Counted from the stretch's first letter, positions 27,952-34,876 are shown. The stretch: 34,876 nucleotides of DNA from Cytophagales bacterium (GCA_043748375.1 JAYTNK010000416.1:1-34876), one strand, 5' to 3'. The notes: generated by a model not told the origin, from the letters alone. Numbers and translations: made by a program.

Positions 27952-29229
27952 TTATATACTTGTGAACTCTTGCCAAGCAAATGTGGGATTGATTATTACG
28001 GAAGAATAGCCTCCTTCTATTTCAAAAGAAAGTGAAGGACCCGTACCAAGATCTACCAATTTTTTCACATTATGCAAAACAGAAGTTAGCTCTAATGAAT
28101 AATTGCCTTGATTAAGGTACTTTTGGGGGATAACGCTTGTGAGGCGATGTTTCCCTTTGGTCAAAGAAAGAATGCCAATCGTATCATCCGTTCTATACCA
28201 AGACCAAAAAATAGGAGAATATTGGCTATCAAACAATGTGTAACCAATATTAAAGTTTTTTTGTTCATCAAATATTTCTAACTCAATGCTTACATGAATA
28301 TCTGTATTATAAGTGATGGTATTGCCTAACAAAGCCCCTTCATGATCAGTGAGGGCAAATCGAGTAACATTGTGTATAGAATTCTTACACCTTTTGCCTT
28401 CAGCGTCTATCCATTCAGCCGTAGAGTCGCCTGAATCCGCTCCATTGGAAAGATAATGATTGATAGCACGCTTTACATCTGTAGTGTGCATACTTACTTT
28501 TCCCTTCTCTACAAAAACTATAGATTTGCAAAGTTCCTGAATAGCGGGCATACTATGACTCACAAAAAGCACGGTTCTGCCTTGCCCACTTACATCTTTC
28601 ATCTTGCCAAGACATTTTTTCTGAAATTCAGAATCACCCACCGCCAACACCTCATCAACAATCAATATTTCAGGCTCAAGATGCGCTGCCACCGCGAAGG
28701 CAAGGCGCACATACATACCCGAACTATAGCGTTTTACAGGAGTATCGATGTACTTGCCTATGCCCGAAAAATCCACAATTTCATCAAAATTGGCTGTAAT
28801 TTCGTGCTTGTGCATACCCAAAATAGCGCCATTCAAAAAAATGTTCTCTCGCCCTGTGAGTTCAGGGTGAAAACCTGTACCTACTTCGAGCAAAGAAGCT
28901 ATACGTCCTTTGGTTTTGACTTGTCCTTTGGTAGGAGAAGTTACTTTAGAAAGTATCTTGAGTAGCGTACTTTTACCAGCTCCATTTTTGCCTATAATGC
29001 CCACTACTTCGCCTTGTTTGACATCAAGGTTAATACCTTGCAGTGCCCATACATATTGTCCTTCAATCGTTTGTCGGTCATTGGTGCTGCCTATTTGGAG
29101 TGTTGGGTCTTCTTTCCCTCTTATTTTTGCCCACCAACGAGCAAGGTCTTCTTTGATAGTACCTGAGCCGACTGAGCCGAGTCGGTATTGTTTCCAAAGA
29201 TTTTCTACACTAAGAACAATATTTAACAT
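27952..29229 (-). CDS. Polysaccharide/O-antigen-type ABC exporter ATP-binding protein (Wzt/TagH-like) with a C-terminal substrate-binding-type extension
   Basis: Walker A GKNGAGKST, signature YSSGMYVRLAFA, Walker B ILIVDEVLAVGD and H-loop FVSHS. The N-terminal LWKQYRLGS...IKEDLARWW and a ~170-aa beta-rich C-terminal domain are typical of Wzt-type ATPases. Confidence 0.85.
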   Translation of the reverse strand: MLNIVLSVENLWKQYRLGSVGSGTIKEDLARWWAKIRGKEDPTLQIGSTNDRQTIEGQYVWALQGINLDVKQGEVVGIIGKNGAGKSTLLKILSKVTSPTKGQVKTKGRIASLLEVGTGFHPELTGRENIFLNGAILGMHKHEITANFDEIVDFSGIGKYIDTPVKRYSSGMYVRLAFAVAAHLEPEILIVDEVLAVGDSEFQKKCLGKMKDVSGQGRTVLFVSHSMPAIQELCKSIVFVEKGKVSMHTTDVKRAINHYLSNGADSGDSTAEWIDAEGKRCKNSIHNVTRFALTDHEGALLGNTITYNTDIHVSIELEIFDEQKNFNIGYTLFDSQYSPIFWSWYRTDDTIGILSLTKGKHRLTSVIPQKYLNQGNYSLELTSVLHNVKKLVDLGTGPSLSFEIEGGYSSVIINPTFAWQEFTSI

Positions 29230-29571
29230 TATGATTGGGTATTTAGTAGCGTTAGAAACCCTTGCAAGGTTGAAAACATTTCAAGGATAAAGGTGTTTAA
29301 TATGTTTGGTCGCTCCGCACGGAATTGAATCTATATATAAAATTTAGGAAACTTCTATTCCATCTGTTGAACTACGGGGGCATTTTCAGTTATCATATAT
29401 CAAGGAGTATTTATCAAATATTTATGGTGTATAAAATACTGAAATTAATCCTACATGATACACTAATACTTAGTTTATGGATTTTGATGTGCAAAGGTAG
29501 TTTTTTTTTTGAAAAATACAAAAAAGCAAAAGGATAATTTTTACTCTAATGTAGTTCAAGGTTGTAAATTT

Positions 29572-29793
29572 GGAAGGTGGATTACCAATCTATGTTAGCT
29601 ATTTCTATCCATCTGTGTGAGGCATCATGTTCAAAATATCACGACATTAAAATCTTGCATTTACCCCATTCTTAGGCATTTTTGAGCAAAAATATAAGCT
29701 ATATTACGGAGACAATGCAAAATAAAAAATATAATATATTGATTATCAATTATTTATATTGATTATTTTTAGCATAGATTAGGTATTCAGCTT
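29572..29793 (+). repeat. MITE-like element, copy 2 (same orientation as copy 1)
   Basis: Direct repeat of 27660-27882 at an offset of about 1911 bp. Its own termini match at 19 of 25 positions as inverted repeats. Confidence 0.7.
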
Positions 29794-30444
29794 CAAAATA
29801 TGGCGATGTTTCCAATTAAAATTGGTTATTAATTATTTACAAAATCTAAATAACAAGTAGTGTATATTTGAAAACATTCCTCCAGTTCATTTAAGTTTTC
29901 GACTTAAATGCAAAGGCATTGCGGTTTGTAATCGCTACGCCAAAGGTGAACTACACTACAAATATACATAATACTTTGAGCAAAACAAAAAAACTTGCCT
30001 GCCCACACAAAAAACACATTTTATAGCATTTAGAGTCGGATTTTGCTCTATTTTCAGCATGGGTTTGCTACCGCAAACCGCAAGGTACAACCTTGCCACA
30101 TAGTCAGTTCCAAGTTCGCTTCGCTAAACTTGAAACAGTTAGCCATTTTTTTAGCAAAATAAACTTGGAACAGTGGGGCTACCACACGCACTAAATCCTA
30201 TATCACAAAAAAATCATGCTTTTTTGACTATTTCTGACTTCTAAAAATAAGCGTTCAAATCGCTACGTTCTTACTGTTTATACCAAAAAGAGTTTTTGGG
30301 TATTGGCGCACTGACTACTTTCCCTCTTGCACAGGGGTAGGCAAGTTGGGTTTTATGCATGTTTATGAAGCATAAAACTTGTATATTTCAAAAAAAGAAG
30401 AGATATTTGCATAAAATAAAATTTTACTAATAATTAAATTTTTC

Positions 30445-31398
30445 ATGGTGAATCAATATAACAAACTAATAAAATTTCATGGCGATGGTGGAAACCTGTT
30501 CAGCGTTTACATCGTCAATATGATACTCACTATTTTAACTTTAGGGTTATACTATCCTTGGGCGCGTGCGGCACTACTGCGTTATACCTACCAAGAAACT
30601 GAATTTGCGGGAAGCCGTTTTACATTCCATGGTACAGGCAATGAGATGTTTATGGGTATGCTTAAAGGTATTGGTATATTCGCGAGTTTATACTTCATTG
30701 TATATCTTGCTGCATTGTCTCAAAATTTTGTCTTCGCAATATTAGCCGTTTTACTATTCTATGTGGGACTGATAGCTATTATACCGATAGCTATTCATGG
30801 TGCTATGCGTTATCGTATGTCGCGCACTTCTTGGCGTGGCATTCATTTCAGCTATCAAGGCAAATTGGGAGAGTTGATGAGTGAGTTCTTTGCAGGAATT
30901 ACGTTGAGTATATTAACATTGGGTATTTACAATTCATGGCGTATCATTTACTTGCGTAGTTATGTAATAGACAAGATTCGTTTTGGTAATTTGCAATTTT
31001 CATACGTAGGCAATGGGGCTGATTTCTTTTTTATCAATCTAAAAGGATATTTCCTCACCATGTTTACCTTAGGTATTTACTATTTTTGGTGGATGAAAGA
31101 TAGTTTTGATTATTATGTGAATAATATTCAAATTATGCAAGGCGATAAAGTAATTACTTTTCGTTCTGATATGTCGGGAAGCAAGTACTTAAGCTTGATG
31201 TTGGTAAATGTGTTAATGCTTGTTTTTACGCTTGGGATTGCTTCGCCTTGGGTTACAGTGCGTACTTTGCGCTATGTTTTTAGTTGTATCAATATAGATG
31301 ACGAACTAAACCCTGATACAATAGAACAAGACTTAGAAAGTTATGAAACCATGAAGAATAATGATATGGCAGATATTTTAGATATAGGTATTGCATAA
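30445..31398 (+). CDS. DUF898 (YjgN-like) polytopic inner-membrane protein
   Basis: F.GDGG.LF.VYIVNMILTILTLGLYYPWARAALLRY....T.F.G.RF.F.G.G, with the motif repeated internally (LTLGIYNSW, FTLGIYYFWW, FTLGIASPWVTVRTLRY). This is the hallmark repeated TLG.Y.PW module of DUF898. Confidence 0.8.
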   Translation: MVNQYNKLIKFHGDGGNLFSVYIVNMILTILTLGLYYPWARAALLRYTYQETEFAGSRFTFHGTGNEMFMGMLKGIGIFASLYFIVYLAALSQNFVFAILAVLLFYVGLIAIIPIAIHGAMRYRMSRTSWRGIHFSYQGKLGELMSEFFAGITLSILTLGIYNSWRIIYLRSYVIDKIRFGNLQFSYVGNGADFFFINLKGYFLTMFTLGIYYFWWMKDSFDYYVNNIQIMQGDKVITFRSDMSGSKYLSLMLVNVLMLVFTLGIASPWVTVRTLRYVFSCINIDDELNPDTIEQDLESYETMKNNDMADILDIGIA

Positions 31399-32642
31399 TG
31401 AAAACTTTCCCTGTTAAATATTTTGATGGTCTATCCTCTTTTGGGCATCAAGCTACCTTGAATTTGAAAGAGGATAGTTGGTTGATTGAATACGAACGAA
31501 GAGTTTTTGTAACTCTTGATGAATCAATCACTAATGATAGTTTGGACGCACTCATAGACCAAGAGGAAGAACCTACTGTGTCTGACCAAAATACACCTAT
31601 CGCGACTGATGACGATGTAGCAGAAGAGGACGTAACGCCCCCTTTTGTTTCTCCCATTATGATGGAAAAAGTAGAAGTAGTTTGGGAATTGGCGAAAATT
31701 CAAAAACGAGAAACGATTAGTAATACTAATACGTTTTACTATGGCGATTTTCCTCGCGCCAGCATAGAGTGTCAAGATGTAGATTTTCCGCGTAGCATAT
31801 ATGCATTACACCCTACGCTTGACCTCATCAATAAACGATATCTTAAGTTGTTTCAAATGGGTGCGCGTGGAGTAGCTATGCTTGCATTTGGTTTGATTAC
31901 ATTTTTGGTATTAGTTTATTTATTTGTGTTGCCACCCATAGCAGAAAGTGCTATTCAACTTATTCCACAAGCATACGAACAGATTTTAGGAGATAAGTTA
32001 TTTACAACCATTGGGTCTGAATATAAAATAGACAGGGAGCAAACTGATTTAATCAATGAATTTGCGAAAAATATTGATTTCAATACCCCTTACAATATCA
32101 GAATTTTGGTAGTAAAAGATCATGCTATCAATGCTTTTGCAGTGCCAGGAGGGCGTATTGTAGTGTTTAGTGGTTTATTGAATAAAATGAAAAATCATGA
32201 AGAATTGGTAGCACTTTTGGGGCACGAAGTAGCGCATGTGCACCAGCGTCATTCGCTCAAAGCTATGGCAAGAGCTTTTGCTGGCTACTTATTTGTATCG
32301 GCTATATTTACGGATATTAACGGCATGACCGCTACCATTACTGAAAATGCACAATTCTTACAAACTATGCAATATTCACGTAGTGCGGAAGCTGAAGCAG
32401 ACGCGATAGCAGCTGAAACAATGATAAAAAATAAAATAAATTTGAAAGGTTTGGTTGATTTATTTCATAGATTGGAGCATGACCATGAAAATAATACGTT
32501 GGAGAAAGCCATGAGTTTTGTGAGCTCACATCCACAAACAGAAGCTCGTAAAAAATTTGCAAAACAACAGCAAACTACACAAAAAACTTATGAAAAAAAC
32601 GAGGTTTTGGAAGGTATTTGGCAATCAATAAAAAGGTATTAG
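31398..32642 (+). CDS. M48-family zinc metallopeptidase with an N-terminal domain of unknown function, an acidic insert and a TM segment
   Basis: HEVAHVHQRH (HExxH) and a downstream SAEAEAD glutamate ligand region. INAFAVPGGRIVVFSGLL is typical M48. TM helix VAMLAFGLITFLVLVYLFVL. The start ATG overlaps the DUF898 stop (ATAATG). Confidence 0.85.
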   Translation: MKTFPVKYFDGLSSFGHQATLNLKEDSWLIEYERRVFVTLDESITNDSLDALIDQEEEPTVSDQNTPIATDDDVAEEDVTPPFVSPIMMEKVEVVWELAKIQKRETISNTNTFYYGDFPRASIECQDVDFPRSIYALHPTLDLINKRYLKLFQMGARGVAMLAFGLITFLVLVYLFVLPPIAESAIQLIPQAYEQILGDKLFTTIGSEYKIDREQTDLINEFAKNIDFNTPYNIRILVVKDHAINAFAVPGGRIVVFSGLLNKMKNHEELVALLGHEVAHVHQRHSLKAMARAFAGYLFVSAIFTDINGMTATITENAQFLQTMQYSRSAEAEADAIAAETMIKNKINLKGLVDLFHRLEHDHENNTLEKAMSFVSSHPQTEARKKFAKQQQTTQKTYEKNEVLEGIWQSIKRY

Positions 32643-32727
32643 GAAAATCCTTATTCAATTACTTTGGTGTTTTTTTGACTCTTTTGTAAAAAATTATTCA
32701 GTTTCCAATCTCTTAGGAACGTATAAA

Positions 32728-32846
32728 AAATAACTTCACACTTTTAGCCACGCTGTAAGCGTCTGTTATTGGACTTTTGCGTGATGTGGTAATGCCAACA
32801 GACGCTTACAGCGTGGCTTCGCGTGAGTAAAATGATGAAGTTATTT
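32728..32846. repeat. Long palindromic repeat element, copy A (intact)
   Basis: Inner arms AGCCACGCTGTAAGCGTCTGTT (32746-32767) and AACAGACGCTTACAGCGTGGCT (32797-32818) are perfect 22-bp complements around a 29-nt loop. Outer arms 32728-32745 and 32829-32846 also pair (16 of 18) across a 10-nt bulge. Confidence 0.75.
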
Positions 32847-32872
32847 AATTTCTATTCCTTACTAACAATTAT

Positions 32873-32910
32873 GTAACCCCATAAGGTCTTTAATGGTCTT
32901 GTGGGGTTAC
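32873..32910. other. 13-bp stem hairpin between the two palindromic elements
   Basis: GTAACCCCATAAG (32873-32885) and CTTGTGGGGTTAC (32898-32910) pair with one U-G wobble and a 12-nt loop. Confidence 0.5.
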
Positions 32911-33058
32911 AAGTATTATTGATGTTACTTTTTTTGCCGTTGCTGTTGTTCAGAAAGTGTGGAAAACCTTTTTATTTTCAAAAATACTTCGCTACTATAC
33001 TTTTCAATATTCCCTTCTATTATTCCCTTTCGGTTGATAGAAATAGCTATTTCTCATA

Positions 33059-33120
33059 ACCCTTTTCCGACTTATGGTCATACTGAAAGCGTCTGTTACC
33101 GAATTTTTGCGCTATAAGGC
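33059..33120. repeat. Palindromic repeat element, copy B, left half (interrupted by the IS)
   Basis: The inner arm GTCATACTGAAAGCGTCTGTT (33077-33097) is related to the copy A arm and complementary to 34093-34113. Its loop start ACCGAATTTTTGCG resembles the copy A loop ATTGGACTTTTGCG. Confidence 0.65.
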
Positions 33121-34090
33121 TATATAACGTAAGTTGCGTAGTGCTTTATTTTAATCTGTCAGGATAAAAATTGTAAAATCTTATCATAAGTGCTAAATTT
33201 GTAATTATTCAAGCTACTATTCGCTCTTATGAAAGATTTTACGGTTGCAATTTATTGCTTTATTGACGATTTATTGCAAAAAACTCAAAAAAAAACAATT
33301 GATAGCCGCAGGAAACTCAGCGATGCACAGATTATTACAACGGCGATTATTTCTGCGAGGTATTTTTACGGTAATCAACACACGGCTTGCCTTTATATGC
33401 AATCGCATTGGGGGGTTTAATATACTCGATAAGAGTAATTTTAATAAAATATTACATAGACTTTCAGATTTAATTAGTCAATTATTTTATTATTTATCTG
33501 ATATTTTCAAGTATTTAAACATCGAGAGTGTTTATGTTATCGACTCATTTCCTGTTCCCGTATGCAAAAATATTAGAATATCAAGGTCGAGACTTATCAA
33601 AGGAAAGGAGTTTAGGGGTTATAATGCCTCTAAAAAAGAGTATTTTTATGGTTTCAAAGTACATTTAATTAGTACAGGGGAAGGAATGCCTGTTGAGTTT
33701 TTGATTACAGCAGGCAGTATTCATGATAATACGGCTTTGCAAATGATGAATGTTGATTTACCTGAAAATAGCGATTTGTATGGCGATGCAGCCTATTTGA
33801 ACGCAGAAGTAAAGGCGTTGCTGTTAGAATTTCAAAAAATAAAACTGAAAGCGGCAACTAAAAAAAATTCAATAGAAAGGAATACGTGGGCAGAAGAGTT
33901 AGAAAATAAATATTTCAGAAAAACAGTTGAAAATACTTTTTCGGAAATAACATATAAATTTCCAAAAAAGATACACGCAGTTACAACAGAAGGCTTCCTA
34001 CTAAAGCTATTAATTGCAATTATTGTATTTATATTACATAAGCATTTTGAATAGAATACTAACCATATACTACGCAACTTACGTTATATA
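33121..34090 (+). mobile_element. IS982-family insertion sequence (970 bp) with 22-bp perfect terminal inverted repeats
   Basis: IR-L TATATAACGTAAGTTGCGTAGT (33121-33142) is the exact reverse complement of 34069-34090. It encloses a single IS982-like transposase reading frame. Confidence 0.8.
33229..34054 (+). pseudogene. IS982-family DDE transposase, split by a +1 frameshift in a G6 run
   Basis: The N-terminal 63 aa (IYCFIDDLL...RKLSDAQIITTAII) end at TAA 33418-33420. The rest continues in another frame (FNILDKSNFNKILHRL ... VIDSFPVPVCK ... GYNASKKEYFYGFKVHL ... GSIHD ... GDAAYL ... RKTVENTFSEI). Removing one G from GGGGGG (33410-33415) gives HWGFNILDK in one frame. Confidence 0.8.
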
Positions 34091-34134
34091 CTAACAGATG
34101 CTTACAGCATGACTACTTGTATCGGCAGAAAGGG
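34091..34134. repeat. Palindromic repeat element, copy B, right half
   Basis: AACAGATGCTTACAGCATGAC (34093-34113) complements 33077-33097. The outer arm TCGGCAGAAAGGG (34122-34134) complements CCCTTTTCCGA (33060-33070). Confidence 0.65.
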
Positions 34135-34193
34135 AATAAGTTGGAAACTTAAACAAACATATTTAGATGAACGGTCAGGTGTTCTAAAAATGA

Positions 34194-34744
34194 ATGGCAT
34201 ATTTTAATCTCTGCTCAAAATATCAATCATTCATTTTTCGACACCTGAAAAGGCGGAAAACTGCCAAACATCTCAAAACTTGCACAGAAGAGGACATACG
34301 ATACGACTTCTTTCAATATCAAGCGTGGCGTAAATCCTGTCCAAAACATCTTTTCAATATCCTTACCATCAGAGCCACACACAAGGACGGAAAACGGACA
34401 TATGCACCTCTATTCTCAAATGACCTGACCATGACAGCCCTACAAATAGAACCATACTACCAACATCGTTTTCAGATAGAATTTAACTTCAGAGATGTGA
34501 AGCAACTCTTTGGACTTACCAAAATCAAAAACTATCACCAAATGCAACTTAACAATATGTTCAGCATGACTTTTTCCGCCCTCCTGTTCGCCAAGATTTT
34601 ACAAAAGCATTGAGCGAACTATACTGCAAATATAGACACTCAGCCTCATTGACCTCAAAGCCATATACAAAGCCCAATTTTACCTCCAAAATGCCATAAT
34701 AATACCAAAAAAGATGATTGCGTTTTTTTCTCTACCCAATTTGT
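34194..34744 (+). pseudogene. IS4/IS701-like DDE transposase remnant (C-terminal part only, further frameshifted)
   Basis: YYQHRFQIEFNFRDVKQLFGL is the Y-(2)-R-(3)-E-(6)-K region of IS4-type transposases, and no N-terminal catalytic half is present. After the stop at 34613 a second frame continues transposase-tail-like (LSLIDLKAIYKAQFYLQ...) to about 34744. Confidence 0.55.
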
Positions 34745-34821
34745 AAAGGATTTTGTCCCTTCAGACCTTATTAATAGATGATGATGGCAGACATATTATG
34801 ATTAATCATAAGCCTACATTC

Positions 34822-34876
34822 TTATTGGATAGGAATTTCGACAAAAAAAGTAGTTCCCTTGCCTATTTCAGTTTCA
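34822..34876 (-). CDS. 3' end of a sensor histidine kinase (partial, runs off the window)
   Basis: The minus-strand translation ...ETEIGKGTTFFVEIPIQ* is the typical end of an HATPase_c domain (G.G(S/T)TF.F.(L/I)P). Only 17 codons are visible. Confidence 0.4.
   Translation of the reverse strand, partial: ETEIGKGTTFFVEIPIQ

Noticed and set aside
28456-29290. Two plus-strand ORFs (169 aa and 126 aa)
   Set aside because: Both are antisense shadows of the Wzt-type ATPase gene, which has intact Walker A/B, signature and H-loop motifs.
29307-29382. A functional tRNA gene on the minus strand
   Set aside because: The 3' end looks tRNA-like, with CCA. However, the acceptor halves do not pair, the T-stem 5' strand is missing, and the only 7-nt loop (TAGAAGT) lacks the U33/purine-37 pattern. 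It is treated as a remnant only.
29501-29510. T10 homopolymer as a phase-variation switch for wzt
   Set aside because: It lies about 270 nt upstream of the wzt start, with no identifiable promoter elements around it. There is not enough evidence, so it is mentioned only in the cassette finding.
29325-29537. 70-aa plus-strand ORF
   Set aside because: It has a non-ATG start in very AT-rich repeat-flanked DNA and a low-complexity hydrophobic sequence. It overlaps the tRNA-like scrap.
27660-29793. CRISPR array
   Set aside because: There are only two repeats, each ~223 bp long with terminal inverted repeats, separated by 1.7 kb that contains a gene. This is not CRISPR-like. No short regularly spaced repeats were seen anywhere in the window.

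Overview
The window looks like Bacteroidota chromosome. This rests on TAnnTTTG -7 promoter boxes, a T9SS C-terminal sorting domain, the gene order secY-map-infA-rpmJ-rpsM-rpsK-rpsD-rpoA-rplQ and bamD-type rpoZ-coaBC linkage, and roughly 40% GC by eye.

Bases 1-11 kb are core. A class B penicillin-binding protein with a PASTA tail is followed directly by the distal spc and alpha ribosomal-protein operons (rpsH to rplQ). The cluster is therefore broken just before rpsH.

Bases 11-25.5 kb are mostly housekeeping or solitary genes:
- a large secreted-LRR / transmembrane / class III nucleotidyl-cyclase fusion
- rpoZ, coaBC and deoC
- an MbnP-like lipoprotein and a secreted hypothetical protein
- an MDR oxidoreductase, a SerC-like aminotransferase and MarC
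- a Crp/Fnr regulator, a T9SS-sorted metzincin protease and ruvA

Bases 25.5-34.9 kb look accessory and scarred:
- kptA/tpt1 and a DUF1987 (SiaC-like) two-gene unit
- an orphan Wzt-type ABC ATPase bracketed by two copies of a ~223-bp MITE-like element
- a ~650-nt ORF-free hairpin-rich region
- a translationally coupled DUF898 membrane protein / M48 metalloprotease pair
- two copies of a long palindromic repeat, one split by a frameshifted IS982-family element
- a decayed IS4/IS701-like transposase and the 3' end of a histidine kinase

No rRNA, functional tRNA or CRISPR array was found.

The strongest signal not explained by genes is a 10-mer, CTTGCCTRCC, seen at least 22 times in coding and non-coding DNA. 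The best candidates for an undescribed system are the DUF898-M48 pair with its structured upstream region and the MITE-bracketed Wzt cassette. All functional calls come from motif recognition by eye, with no database search.
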